64,000 nt of DNA, taken from assembly GCA_030390025.1 (NCBI GenBank), contig CM059432.1:1922001-1986000 (forward strand), in the 5' to 3' direction. Within the stretch, counting starts at the first letter, position 1, and each line of letters opens with the position of its first letter. Below are positions 11,770 through 24,086 of the stretch, piece after piece. Origin of the DNA: Squalus acanthias (Eukaryota). The position numbers and the translations under genes were made by a program. The notes under the pieces were generated by a model that saw nothing but the letters and a program-made list of their open reading frames with translations, made no database searches and had not been told where the DNA came from.

Positions 11770-13378
11770 CACATCCATGCAGGCATTAAGTTGCAATCCA
11801 GGCATTACGTTGACCCCAATGCCTCCTCCTCCTTTTCTAGCACCGTCACCTCTGCTGTATCTCAGGGGGACCAACATTGGTCAGACTCCCTTCAATTACA
11901 TGCTACCCCTTGGCAATGCTTCCACATGTGGGGGTCTAAACCAGGCGTACATTGATGACTGTATTGGTGCCGTTTCCTCCTCTCACCCTGAACTAGATCA
12001 TTTCAATCACTTTGCTTCCAATTTCCACCCTTCCCTCACCTTCACATGGTCCATCTCCGACTCTTCCCTTCCCTTCCTCGACTTCTCTGTCTCCATTTCT
12101 GGGGATAGGCTATCGACCAACATCCACTATAAGCCCACTGACTCCAACAGCTACCTGGACTACACTTCCTCCCACCCCGCTTCCTGTAAGGACTCTATTC
12201 CATTCTCCCAGTTTCTCCGTCTCCACCGCAACTGTTCTGACGATGCCACCTTCCATACTAGTGCTTCTGGTATGTCTTCCTTTTTCCTCAACTGAGGATT
12301 CCCCTCTACCGTGGTTGACATAGCCCTCGACTGTGTCCGTTCCATTTCCCACATTTCTGCTCTCACCCCTTCCCCTCCCTCCCGGAACCACGATAGGGTT
12401 CCCCTTGTCCTCACCTTTCACCCCACCAGCCTCCACATTCAATGGATCATCCTGCGCCATTTCCGCCACCTTGGGTATGATCCCACCACCAAACACATCT
12501 TCCCCTCACCTCCCCTTTCAGCATTCCGAAGGGACCGCTCCCTCCGCGACACCCTGGTCCACTCCTCTATCACCCCCAACACCCCTTCCCCTTCGCCCGG
12601 CACCTTCCCGTGCAAGCGCAGGAGATGCAACACCTGCCCTTTTACCTTCTCCCTTCCCACTGTCCAGGGCCACAAACACTCCTTCCAGGTGAAACAGCGA
12701 TTTACTTGTACTTCTTGCAATTTAGTAACTGTATTCGCTGCTCACGATGCGGCCTCCTCTACATTGGGGAGACCAAACACAGATTGGGTGACCGCTTTGC
12801 GGAGCACCTCCGTTCAGTCCGTAAGCGTGACCCCGAGCTTCCGGTCGCCTGTCACTTTAATTCTCCGCTCCACTCCCACTCTGATCTCTCCGTCCTCGGC
12901 CTCTTACACTGTTCCAATGAAGCTCAACGTAAGCTCGAGGAACAGCACCTCATCTTTTGATTCGGCACTTTACAGCCTTCTGGACTTAACATCGAGTTCA
13001 ACAATTTCAGACTATAAATTGGCCCCTGTATTTCTTTATTTTTTTCTCTTGTTTCCTCACATGGTAGCTGTTAATGTTGCTGCCATCATCATCCACACAT
13101 CATCTAGAGTCATCTTTTGTTTCTTCACTTGTTCCATTACCATCTCCTTTTGCCTTGCACCATCATCCCTTTTGTCTCTTAATCTCTCCTGCCTTCCACC
13201 CTATCACAGACCTTCCCTTTGTTCTTTCCTCCCCTCCTCCCTGCCCCTGCTTAAAAATCTCTCCTCTCTAACCTTTCCCAGTTCTGATGAAGGGTTCGAC
13301 CCGAAACGTTGACTCTGTTTCTCCTCCTCGATGCTGCCTGACCTGCTGAGTGTTTCCAGCACTTTTTGTTGTTATTTT
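11770..13378 (+). mobile_element. Penelope-like retroelement (Neptune-type), 5'-truncated and disabled: RT C-half, Cys-rich linker, GIY-YIG endonuclease, terminal repeat
   Basis: YIDDCIG, LPFLD, YKPTDS..YLDYTSSHP (RT); FPCKRRRCNTCPF linker; CIRCSRCGLLYIGETKHRLGDRFAEH..PVACHFN (GIY-YIG); in-frame TGA at 12293 and 12958, frameshift near 12725; natural stop ~13017. Confidence 0.92.
13280..13314 (+). ncRNA. Minimal type I hammerhead ribozyme motif in the Penelope terminal repeat
   Basis: AGUU-CUGAUGA-A-GGGU-ucg-ACCC-GAAA-CG-UU-GACU. Confidence 0.8.
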
Positions 13379-13379
13379 A

Positions 13380-14087
13380 GGCCATAAATATAAGACAGTC
13401 ACCAATAAATCCAATTGGGGATTCAGGAGAAACTTCTTTACCCAGAGAGTGGTGAGAATGTGGAACTCGCTACCACAGGGAGTGGTTGAGGCGAATAGCA
13501 GAGATGCATTTAAGGGGAAGCTAGATAAACACATGAGGGAGAAAGGAATAGAAGGACATGCTGACAGGGTGAGGTGAGTCGGTCACATTCTATGTAATCA
13601 AAGTCCCCCACCAAGGATGTTGCCGGGAGTAGAGAATCTTAGCTATGAGGAAAGACTGGATAGGCTGGGTCTGTTTTCCTTGGAACAGAAGAGGCTGAGG
13701 GGAGACCTTATTGAGGTGTATAAAATTATGAGGGGCCCAGATAAAGTGGATAGAAAGGACCTATTTCCCTTAGTGGAGGGGGCAAAAACCAGGGGGCACA
13801 GATTTAAAGTAATTGAGGGGAGGTTTAGAGGGGATTTGAGGGGAAATTTCTTCACCCAGAGGGTGTTGGGGGTCTGCAACTCACTGCCTGAAAGGGTGAT
13901 AGAGGCAGGAACCCTAACCACATTTAAAAAGTACTTGGATGTGCACTTGGGATGCTCTAACCTGCAGGGCTACGGACCAAGAGCTGGGAAGTGGGATTAG
14001 GCTGGATAGCTCTTTGTTGGCCGGCGCGGATACGATGGGCCGAAATGGCCTCCTTCCGTGCTGTAACTTTCTGTGATTCTATGATTC
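13380..14087 (+). mobile_element. Two adjacent CR1 3' fragments of different subfamilies (13380-13575; 13614-14087)
   Basis: ORFs 13350-13577 and 13617-14000 are CR1 C-termini; tail ttctgtgattctatgattct. Confidence 0.88.
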
Positions 14088-14244
14088 TGACCTCTTGCCA
14101 CATGGCAAGCTCACCCCCCCCCCCCACTCCCCCCCCGCCACCCCGCTACCCTAAGTCCTCCCAAACTCCAATGTCACATCCTCCAGCGCAGCCTGAGCTA
14201 GTCCACTGGGAGATCCATCCGTAACTTAGATCGATCGGTAGAGG

Positions 14245-14555
14245 GACTTGCTTTTCTACAGCGTCTTTCGCTGCCTCAGGACGTCCCAAAGCACTTTACA
14301 GCCAATGAAGTACTTTTTTGAAGTGTGGTCACTGTTGCAATGTAGGAAAGGCGGCAGCTGATTTGCGCACAGCAAGATCCCCAAAACAGCAATGCAATAA
14401 TGATCGGATAATGTGTTTGTAAGTGTGGGTTGAGGGATAAATATTGGTCAGGGCACCGGGGAGAACTCCCCCTGCTCTTCTTCGAAATAGTGGCCATGGG
14501 ATCTTTTAAGTCCGCCTGAGAGAGCAGACGTGCCTCGGTTTAACGTCTCATCCGA
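14245..14555 (-). mobile_element. Deu-SINE fragment
   Basis: Reverse complement of Deu core and tail. Confidence 0.85.
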
Positions 14556-14589
14556 AATTACTGATGGAAAATATCAACATGGGAACTCA

Positions 14590-14945
14590 TATACAGCACA
14601 GGAGGAGGCCATTCGGCCCATCGTGCCTGTGCCGACTCTTTGAACGAGCTCTCCAATTAGTCCCACTCCCCCTTGCTCTTTCCCCACAGCCCTGCAAATT
14701 TTTCCCCTTCAAGTATTTATCCAATTCCCTTTTGAAAGTTACTATTGAATCTGCTTCCACCGCCCTTTCAGGCAGCGCATTCCAGATCACAACAACACGC
14801 TGCGTAAAAAAAATTCTCCTCATCTCCCCTCTGGTTCTTTTGCCAATTACCTTAAATCTGTGTCCTCTGGTTACCGACCCTCCTGCCAATAGAAACAGCT
14901 TCTCCTTATTTACTCTATCAAAACCCTTCATGATTTTGAACACCA
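14590..14945 (-). mobile_element. CR1 LINE 3' fragment
   Basis: ORF 14587-14946(-) RGHRFKVIGKRTRGEMRRIFFTQRVVVIWNALP. Confidence 0.9.
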
Positions 14946-15112
14946 ACTATTAAACAAAAATGATTTATAAAGAATATTTCTGTCTCCCATCGACAATGCC
15001 CACTTACAAAGTCACAATTACTGCTGATTTTAATTTTTCACACATTCGCATGCTTTCAGATTACAGGCACAGATTGGCATTCTGTTGCCATCGTCCTTCC
15101 CAAATTTTTTTT

Positions 15113-15660
15113 TTCATTCAGAGGATATGGGCAACGTTGGCAAGGCTGGCATTTATTACCCATCCATAATTGCCCTTGAGAAGGTGGTGGTGAGCTGCCT
15201 TCTTGAACCGCTGCAGTCCGTGTGGAGAAGGTACTCCCACAGTGCTGTTAGGGAGGGAGTTCCAGGATTTTGACCCAGCGACGATAAAGGAACGGCGATA
15301 TACTTCCAAGTCAGGATGGTGTGTGACTTGGAGGGGAACTTGGAGGTGGTGGTGTTCCCATGCGCCTGCTGCCCTTGTCCTTCTCGGTGGAAGAGGTCGC
15401 GGGTTTGGGAGGTGCTGCCGAAGAAGCCTTGGCGAGTTGCTGCAGTGCATCTTGTAGATGCTGCAGCCACGGTGCGCCGGTGGTGGAGGGAGTGAATATT
15501 TAAGGTGGTGGATGGGGTGCCAATCAAGCGGGCTGCTTTGTCCTGGATGGTGTCGAGCTTCTTGAGTGTTGTTGGAGCTGCACTCATCCAGGCAAGTGGT
15601 GTAGATGGTACACACTGCAGCCACGATGCGCCGGTGGTGGAGGGAGTGAATGTTTAGGGT
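15113..15660 (-). mobile_element. LINE-X 3' fragment with a short internal duplication
   Basis: LKKLDTIQDKAARLIG..SLHHRR..SWNSLPNS; segment ~15453-15500 recurs at ~15601-15655. Confidence 0.8.
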
Positions 15661-16974
15661 ATGTTCAAGTGCCAAGGATTTGGCCTGTTCTCGAAGAACT
15701 GAAGAAATCTCCTTGCTCTAATTTGTGGGATTCTAGTGAAGCATTATCTGATCGGGACGCCATTCTCGGACTAGTAGAAATTACTCCAACACTGCCCACC
15801 TTTCACGACAGTTTATTTAAGCAAAATTGTTATTATTCGGAATAAAGAGCATATTCTTTTTTTTAACAGGAAACTGCTTTTCGTATTCACCTTGCCAGAA
15901 GAGAAAAAGGAGAGCTTTGAAGGTGCACTGAACTTGACAACAGGGGTGAGATAGTGTAAGTGTGCCTGGTGCTGCGGTCTATTATTGCTCAGGGCGCTGA
16001 ACTGTTTTGAAGTCTACGCTCGCTCTCTGTCTTTCACTGTCACTTCGGCCTCTTCAGAATCATTCCGCAGCCTCATTTCAACAAATAATAAGCAAACCGT
16101 GAGGCCGTATACAGCCCCTCAAAAATGAATAATTACTGCTGGCACATCTTAATCCATCAAACTGGTTTAGAACTAACGTGACGTATTGAGATGTTTGCTG
16201 TTGTGTGGGCAGCTTATCAGATGCACCAGGTGTCTGACCTCTCACACAACATGCATCTTTTATGGCCTTCTCAACTGATACAAAAACCATCCAAAAAACA
16301 CTCTTCGTTCGAAGGTACACTTCATGATGGAGTGCGCTCTCTGTACAGCTGTCAGAAACAGACTTGTACGGAGGGATTACCATACTGGTAACTATCTTCT
16401 CCCTTAAAGCATGTGTTATCAGATATCGCAAATATCATTTTAGAATTCTAATTCTTCCTAATTAAACTCGCCTCGTTTGATGCATTAGTTAGGAAGGCTG
16501 TTCAATGCTCCGCTGGATATATCCCTAGATCCCAGCTATTGTATACTGTTGCAACTCTCCTATTTGATGCTTTGGGCTCCGAGCTCAACACACTCGAGGA
16601 AGGTCCCTGTTGCTGAATTTTTATCTGGTCCTCACTTATCAAATATAGTCACATACTCCTTTTGTGCGGGTCTAATTATGTGGCGATATTTTAAGACACA
16701 TTTTTTCGGGGGATTTAATGAGCTTTAGCAGAGCTGGTAGACATTTGCCTCTAGGTGCCTTCAACAGACTAGAGTCAGTAACTTTTCAGGTGTGGGGACG
16801 TTGGGAGTTACTGACTATCTCCCAAGAGTGGCTCGACTGAAGAGCTGAAAGACCCGTCATTGTGTGTGTAGAAGATCAGGGTTCACACATCACTGTGCAA
16901 TATTTCATTCAGTGTGCTCTCACTGAACTGTTCCCTCAGTTAGAGAACTACTCCCTTCTAGATAAATTTACAAC

Positions 16975-17430
16975 ACCTTGTATTTATACAGTGCCTTTAA
17001 CATAGTGAAACGTCCCAAGACACTTCACAGGAGCCACAGAAGGAGATATTAGGGCGGGTGACCAAAAGCTTGGTCAAAGAGGTAGATTTTAAAGAGAGTC
17101 TTAAAGGAGGAGAGAGAGGTGGAGAGGCGGAGACGGTTAGGGAGGGAATTCCAGAGCTTGGGACCCAGGCAGCTGAAGGCATGGCCACCAATGGTGGAGC
17201 GATTAAAATTGGGGATGCGTAAGAGGCCAGAATTGGAGGACCGCAGAGATCTCGGAGGGTTGTAGGGCTGGAGAAGGTTACAGAGATAGGGAGGGGGGCG
17301 AGGCCGTGGGGGGATCTGAACACAAGAACAAGAATTTTAAAATCGAGGTGTTGCCAGACCAGGAGCCGAGGTAGGTCAGCGAGCACAGGGGGGTGATGGG
17401 TGAACGGGAGTTGGTGCGAGTTAGACTTTG
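16975..17430 (-). mobile_element. L2 LINE 3' fragment
   Basis: PVLADL..L..QHLDFKILVLVF..HGLAP motif; L2-type tail. Confidence 0.85.
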
Positions 17431-17444
17431 AAACGCAGTCACTG

Positions 17445-18520
17445 TACGCAGCGGGTTGTTGTGATCTGGAACGCGCTGCCTGAAAGGGCGGTGGAAGCAG
17501 ATTCAATAGTAACTTTCGCAAGGGGAATTGGATAAGAACATAAGAAACAGGAGCAGGAATAGGCCACTTGGCCCCTCGAGCCTGCTCCGTCATTCAATAA
17601 GATCTTGGGCTCAAAGCCACTTCCCTGCCCGCTCCCCATAACCCTTCACTCCCTTATCTTGCAAAAATCTGTCTATCTCCACCGTAAATGTATTTAATGA
17701 CCCAGCCTCTACAGCTCTCTGGGGCAGAGAATTCCACAGATTTACGACCCTCTGAGTGAAGAAGTTCCTCCTCATCTCAGTTCTAAAAGGGCGACCCTTT
17801 ATTCTGAGACTGTGCCCCCGAGTTCTAGGTTTCTGAAACATCCTCTCTGCATCTATCCTGTCGAGCCCCCTCAGAATCATAGAATCATAGAAGATAGGAG
17901 CAGGAGTAGGCCATTCGGCCCCTCGAGCCTGCTCCGCCATCTAATGAGATCATGGCTGATCATCCAAACTCAGTACCCTGTCCCTGCTTTCTCCCCATAT
18001 CCCTTGATCCCTTTAGCCTTAAGAAATATATCCAACTCCTTCTTGAATATATTTAATGAATTGGCCTCTACTGCCTTCTGTGGCAGAGAATTCCACAGGT
18101 TCACCACTCTCTGGGTGAAGAAATTCCTCCTCATCTCAGTCCTAAATGGCTTACCCCTTATCCTGAGACTGTGACCCCTGGTTCTGGACTCCCCGACCAT
18201 CGGGAACATCCTTCCTGCATCTAGTCTGTCTAGTCCTGTCAGAACTTTATAAGTTTCAATGAGATCCCCTCTCATTCTTCTAAACTCCAGCGAGTATAAG
18301 CCCAATCGACCCAATCTCTCTTCATACGTCATTCCTGCCATTCCAGGTATCAGCCTGGTGAACCTTATATGTTTCGATAAGATCATAAATACTTGAAAAG
18401 AAAAATGTGCAGGACTGTGGGGAAAGAGCAGGGGGGGAGTGGGACTAATTGGAGAGCTCGTTCAAAGAGCCGGCACAGGCACGATGGGCCGAATGGCCTC
18501 CTCCTGCGCTGTGTAACTCT
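17445..18520. mobile_element. Nested CR1 cluster: a + strand fragment split by two - strand CR1 3' ends (17536-17875, 17876-18365)
   Basis: ORFs 17611-17940(-) and 17970-18386(-); outer copy resumes at ~18385 ataaatacttgaaaag. Confidence 0.85.
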
Positions 18521-19089
18521 ATGATGCTGATGTTATACGAGGAGTCACACTCCTCACTATTCCACTCTACGGATCTTTGTATCTTTGTGCGTATGTTTTT
18601 TTTAGGGAAACGGCACTGCGGGTTCTTGATTTTCTACAGAATGTTTGAGCGGCTGATTAAATAGCGACATTACTGCAGCCTTGACTGGGATGGCTCTGTG
18701 ACCACCTCCCCCTGCAGTCTTATGCATTCAGTCTGCCATTGTTCGGTCTTCAGTAATTGTTCCCCATCTCAATCCCACCAGGGACACAAACTATTTTTTG
18801 ATTAAATTAACTTATTCATGAGCCGCATGTCTGTGTTAACCTCGCACCACAGTCAACGCAATCATTATTTATTTACTTTTAAATCAGGCACGTTTGAAGT
18901 TCATAACAGAGCACGTGAACACTTTGTGGCAAATAGCTGGTGCAGAGGTATTGCCTCAAAAGCACACTTTAATCAGACAAGACAGTGAACAGTATATACG
19001 CAAGCATAAACAAACGTCTGCATTATTGTCCTCTGTTCATTTTATGCTCCGAAGAGGATGTCATTAAGGGTGCAGTTATAAAAAGAAAC

Positions 19090-19830
19090 AAACTTGCATT
19101 TCTATCACGCCTTTCACGACCACCGGACATCTCAAAGTGCTTGACAGCCAATGAAGTACTCTTTTGGAGTGTAGTCACTGTTGTAATGTAGGAAACGTGG
19201 CAGCCAATTTGCGCACAGCAAGCTCCCACAAACAGCAACGTGATAACGGCTAGATAATCTGTTTTAGTGATGTTGCTTGAGAGATAAATGTTGGCCCAGG
19301 ACACCGGGGAGAACTCCCCTGCTCTCCTTTGAAATAGTGGCCATGGGATCTTTTACGTCCATCTGAGAGAGCATACGGGGCCTCGGTTTAACGTCTCATT
19401 CAACGACGGCACCTCTGACAGTGCGGCACTCCCTCAGTACTGCACTGGGAGTGTCAGCCTAGATTTTTGTGCTCAAGTCTCATGGAGTGGGACTTGAACC
19501 CACAACCTTCTGACTCGGAGGCAAGAGTTCTACCCACTGAGCCAATTTGCTCTCACAGGTGGATGTAAAAGATCCCATTGCACTATTTTGAAGAAGAGCA
19601 GGGAGCGTTCTCCCTGGGGCCAACATTTATCCCTCAACCAACATCACTAAACCAGATTATCTGGTCATTATCACATTGCTGTTTGTGGGAGCTTGCTGTG
19701 CGCAAATTGGCTGCCGCGTTTCCCACATTACAACAGTGACCACACTTCAAAAAAGTACTTCATTGGCTGTAAAGCGCTTTGGGACGTCCTGAGGTGGTGA
19801 AAGGCGCTATAGAAATGCAAGTTTTTCTTT
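19090..19830. mobile_element. Adjacent inverted Deu-SINE pair (19090-19544 minus, near full length; 19548-19830 plus, 3' half)
   Basis: Both match the SINE consensus in opposite orientations. Confidence 0.9.
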
Positions 19831-20464
19831 CCACTGATCTGATCTGAGATGAGATAATTGAGTGGAGACCGGGGATTGAACCTGGCCCAGTGTGGACCAG
19901 TTACTGGATCTGTTGAGTTGCTGTGGGAATGTGGCCGTTTAAGTTTTTGCCGTCACTTGGCTCTGATCTAACATTAAAAAGCAGTTAGAATTGGCCTTCC
20001 ACACTGCTGGTCTCAATTCATTGTGGGATGACGTCACACTCGAGTTAAACCACCCATTGTGCATTGAAGCAAAAGCCAAAAAGTTCTTCAAATCAAATTG
20101 CACATGTGTGATTTAACTGGCCAATAATGCAATTTCCCCCAAATTGCTGGCAATGACGTGGAACTTCCCTCTTTGCTTTCAGGCATCTGAGCGGCCCAGA
20201 TCTGGGAGTGTTCTAAAGATACTTCTTGGTTACAACAGTCTTTCCTCCTTAGTTTATTCCTGTCCATTCTGCAGTATCTGACTGGCAGTCTCCTGGGCAG
20301 CCAAATCTCTAGCTGTTTCAGAGCGTTTTTCATTAACGTGGTTATGCTATGAGTCAGTGTCGTAATCAGAGCTTTGGAACTCAATCTGCACAGCATAATT
20401 GGTAGTGCTTCCCCCTTTCTACTAAAGGACAACTTCACTAAACATGCATTTAAAGTATGATCTC

Positions 20465-20878
20465 CATCCACCACCTTAAACATTCACTCCCTCCGCCACC
20501 GGCGCACCGTGACTGCAGTGTGTACCATCTACAAGATGCACTGCAGCAACTCGCCAAGGCTTCTTCGGCAGCACCTCCCAAACCCGCGGCCTCTTCCACC
20601 GAGAAGGACAAGGGCAGTAGGCGCATGGGAACACCACCACCTCCAAGTTCCCCTCCAAGTCACACACCATCCCAACTTGGAAGTATATCGGTCGTTCCTT
20701 CATCGTCGCTGGGTCAAAATCCTGGAACTCCCTCCCTAACAGCACTGTGGGAGCACCTTCACCACACGGACTGCAGCGGTTCAAGAAGGCAGCTCACCAC
20801 CATCTTCTCAAGGGGCTATTAGGGATGGGCAATAAATGCTGGTCTTACCAGTGACGCCCACATTCCTAGAATGAATTT
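20465..20878 (+). mobile_element. LINE-X 3' fragment
   Basis: AVCTIYKMHCSNSPRLLRQHLPNPRPLPPRRTR; conserved tail. Confidence 0.8.
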
Positions 20879-20957
20879 TTAAAAGATACCCACATAATCT
20901 TTTTACCTTCCTTCTGGCTTGGACAGAGTGTCAGGGGAAGGAGAAGAAAAATTACAG

Positions 20958-21420
20958 CAACTTGTATTTGTACAGCGCCTTTAACATAGTAAAACCTTCC
21001 GAGGCGATTTACAGGAGCGTTATAAGACAAAAAATTGACACTGAGCCATGTAAGGAGATAGGACAGGTGAAAGAGGTAGGATTTAATGTCTTAAATGAGG
21101 AGAGAGAAGCGGAAAGGTTTAGGAAGGGAATTCCACCGATCCACAAAAGCTTGGTCAAAGAGATAGGTTTTAAGGAGCATCTTAAAGGAGGAGAGAGAGG
21201 TAGCGAAGTTTAGGGAGGGGATTCCAGAGCTTGGGGCCCAGGCAGCTGAAGGCACGGCCGCCAATGGTGGAGCGATGGAAATCGGGGATGCGCAAGAGGC
21301 AAGAATTGGAGGAGCGCAGAGATCTCGGAGGGTTGTAGGGCTGGAGGAGGATACAGAGATAGGGAGGGGGTGATGCCATGGAGGGATTTAAGATGAGGAT
21401 GGGAATTTTAAAATCGAGAA
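20958..21420 (-). mobile_element. L2 LINE 3' fragment(s)
   Basis: RSLRSS..LRIP..RSTIGGRAFSCLGPKLWN. Confidence 0.85.
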
Positions 21421-21785
21421 GTCGCAATTCCTCAAATCACTCGGGAAAGTGGAAGCGCTGGGCAAGTTAAGAAGCTGCAATGTGCTGACTTAAAAAAAAC
21501 AAGGTTTTCTTTCCTTTGATACAGAGGACCAACGAGAGCAAGAAACACAGGGACACGCAGGGTGGGGGGGGGGAAGATAATTACAAAATATTTTTAAAGA
21601 AACAACTACACCATTTTAACATAAAAAGCCACACAAGAATATTTGTTAAGGGCAGATATTTCAAGGCCATAAGGATTTTCAAAAATAGTCCCAATTCCTG
21701 CAATTCTGTCCCTTATTAACAATTCAGAACAAGTTTCCAACAGGACCAAAACAAACAACACAGAGCTACAGAGACAAAAAATAAT

Positions 21786-22538
21786 GGCCCGGAATTTGCG
21801 GTTAGCGGCGATGCGACTGCACTCGCCACTGACCTTGAACAAAGCTGCCCACAGAGATCTCGCGATCTCTGCGGCAAAAACTTTCGGTTTCTCAACGTGG
21901 AATTGACTGTGGCGCTGTGAATAGAGGATTCCTAGCATGATGCAGCAGTAATCATGTTATCAAGCTGTCTAAGCAGCCAGTCACAATGAAGAACTCTCAC
22001 AGACAGCAAACTAGGAAATAAAAAGCGCTGATTATCTGCACTTTTTAAAAATGTTGCAGAGAGCGAAATAAAGATTGGGACATACACGTGGAGTTAAGGT
22101 AGAAGCTGATATATCATGAACAAACTTTAACTAAAAAAAAATAATTTTTTAATTAAATTTTTTATCATAGTAGAGAAAATTGACATTCCACAAATATAAA
22201 AATTAGTTTTTCAGGGCCAGAACAGTTGTTTAGCAGAAGATATGCTGTTAAAATCCCAGTTACACCTATTCCAACAAAGCTTAACATTTAATGGGGTGTT
22301 TAACAGCAATATTACCGCGGAAAAGCCGAAGTTTTCATCAGTTTCACTGATTGCCGGCTATGGGGAGGGCGGTCCACAGAGTGGCCAGTGTTGGAGCAGT
22401 GAATGACTGACCGCAACTTCAGGATTTCCCTGTTTATCTGCGCATACGCTAAATCCTGAAGTTACGGTCAGTTTCAGAGGGGTAATGACGGCAAACGCTG
22501 AGAATTTCACCGCCATTACCCACCGCAAAATCCGGGCC
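21786..22538. mobile_element. Non-autonomous TIR element (PIF/Harbinger-like MITE), 753 bp
   Basis: TIR ggcccggaatttgcgg / ccgcaaaatccgggcc; 3-bp TSD aat on both sides. Confidence 0.8.
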
Positions 22539-23850
22539 AATATTCCCACAAACAGAGTAAGGACTCTCTAAGACCTGAAGTAAAAATTGAAAGGGCCGAT
22601 ACCTAAACAGCACCAAACTCTGATCTTCCAGGGACAGAAGAGACTAGAATTGTAAACATATTGGAACAGTGGTGAATTAGAGTTTGGGACTCCCCCGCGG
22701 AAATTAACGTTAAGCTCCAACACACTGCCAAATTCCACTGACGCAATCGAACCGAAGTGACTGTCGCAGCCAATGCACCACTTTGAATAAGCGGAAGCAA
22801 CCAAGCATGAAATGGCACTAATATCTCTGCGATTGAAACACTGTCTGAACGAAAGGTGGAAAAGTTGGAGATTTATTAATTTGCTGAAACGGAGGCTTTG
22901 GTCGTCCGTAATGGGTATCACTTTCACAAGAGCACAAAGAGTACTCTGGGGGGAGGGGAGGGGAGGGGAGGGGAGGGGCTGGGGGGCAGTGGAAGGTGGT
23001 TTGTACATCGAGTAATTGTTTTTTTTTACTGGTACCTACTTGTCCTTTTACAGCATGTGCATTTGAAACAGACAGGGTTGACAGGTCTCACACATGTACC
23101 TGCAACTCAGACTTTATTGAAGTTTCATGATTTATAATAAGCATAAACTTTAGTACATACACATGCACAATCACCTTAACATTAACATTATTATACTCGT
23201 ATGCCTTTGTTACCTCTAGACTTGACTATTCCAACGCACTCCTGGCCGGCCTCCCACATTCCACCCTACGTAAACTTGAGGTCATCCAAAACTCGGCTGC
23301 CCGTGTCCTAACTCGCACCAAGTCCCGTTCACCCATCACCCCTGTGCTCGCTGACCTACATTGGCTCCCAGTTAAGCAATGCCTCGATTTCAAAATTCTC
23401 ATCCTTGTTTTCAAATCCCTCCATGGCCTCGCCCCTCCCTATCTCTGTAATCTCCTTCAGCCCCACAACACCCGGAGATATCTGCGCTCCTCTAATTCTG
23501 CCCTCTTGAGCATCCCTGATTATAATCGCTCCACCATTGTTGGCCGTGCCTTCTGTTGCCTGGGACCCAAGCTCTGGAATTCCCTCCCTAAACCTCTCCG
23601 CCTCTCTACCTCTCTTTTGTCCTTTAAGATGCTCCTTAAAACCTCCCTCTTTGACCAAGCTTTTAGTCACCTGCCCTAATATCTCCTTATGTGGCTCAGT
23701 GTCAAATTTTGTTTGATAATCGCTCCTGTGAAGCACCTTGGGACATTTTACTACGTTAAAGGCGCTGTATAAATACATGATGTGGAGATGCCGGTGTTGG
23801 ACTGGGGTGGACAAATGTGAGAAGTCGCACAACACCAGGTTTATTTGAAA

Positions 23851-23887
23851 TCACAAGCTTTCGGAGCGCTGCTCCTTCGTCAGGTGA
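23851..23887 (-). ncRNA. Minimal hammerhead ribozyme motif (minus strand)
   Basis: Reverse complement reads UUCAC-CUGACGA-A-GGAGC-agc-GCUCC-GAAA-GC-UU-GUGA. Confidence 0.75.
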
Positions 23888-24049
23888 AGTGAAGAGATGC
23901 ATATAGGCACAGCATATATAGTCAGAGAGCACAACCAGATGATTACAGTTAATCTTTCTAACTGCCCTTTATCACACCTCGGCAGAGAGATAATCACGGC
24001 AATCAAAGGTGTGGACTATATATGCTGTGCCTATATGCATCTCTTCACT

Positions 24050-24086
24050 TCACCTGACGAAGGAGCAGCGCTCCGAAAGCTTGTGA
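24050..24086 (+). ncRNA. Minimal hammerhead ribozyme motif (plus strand)
   Basis: tcac-ctgacga-a-ggagc-agc-gctcc-gaaa-gc-tt-gtga. Confidence 0.75.

Noticed and set aside
18888..18947. Possible 60-nt exon (ARLKFITEHVNTLWQIAGAE) with ag/gt ends
   Set aside because: Weak donor, no recognisable protein, no partner exons.
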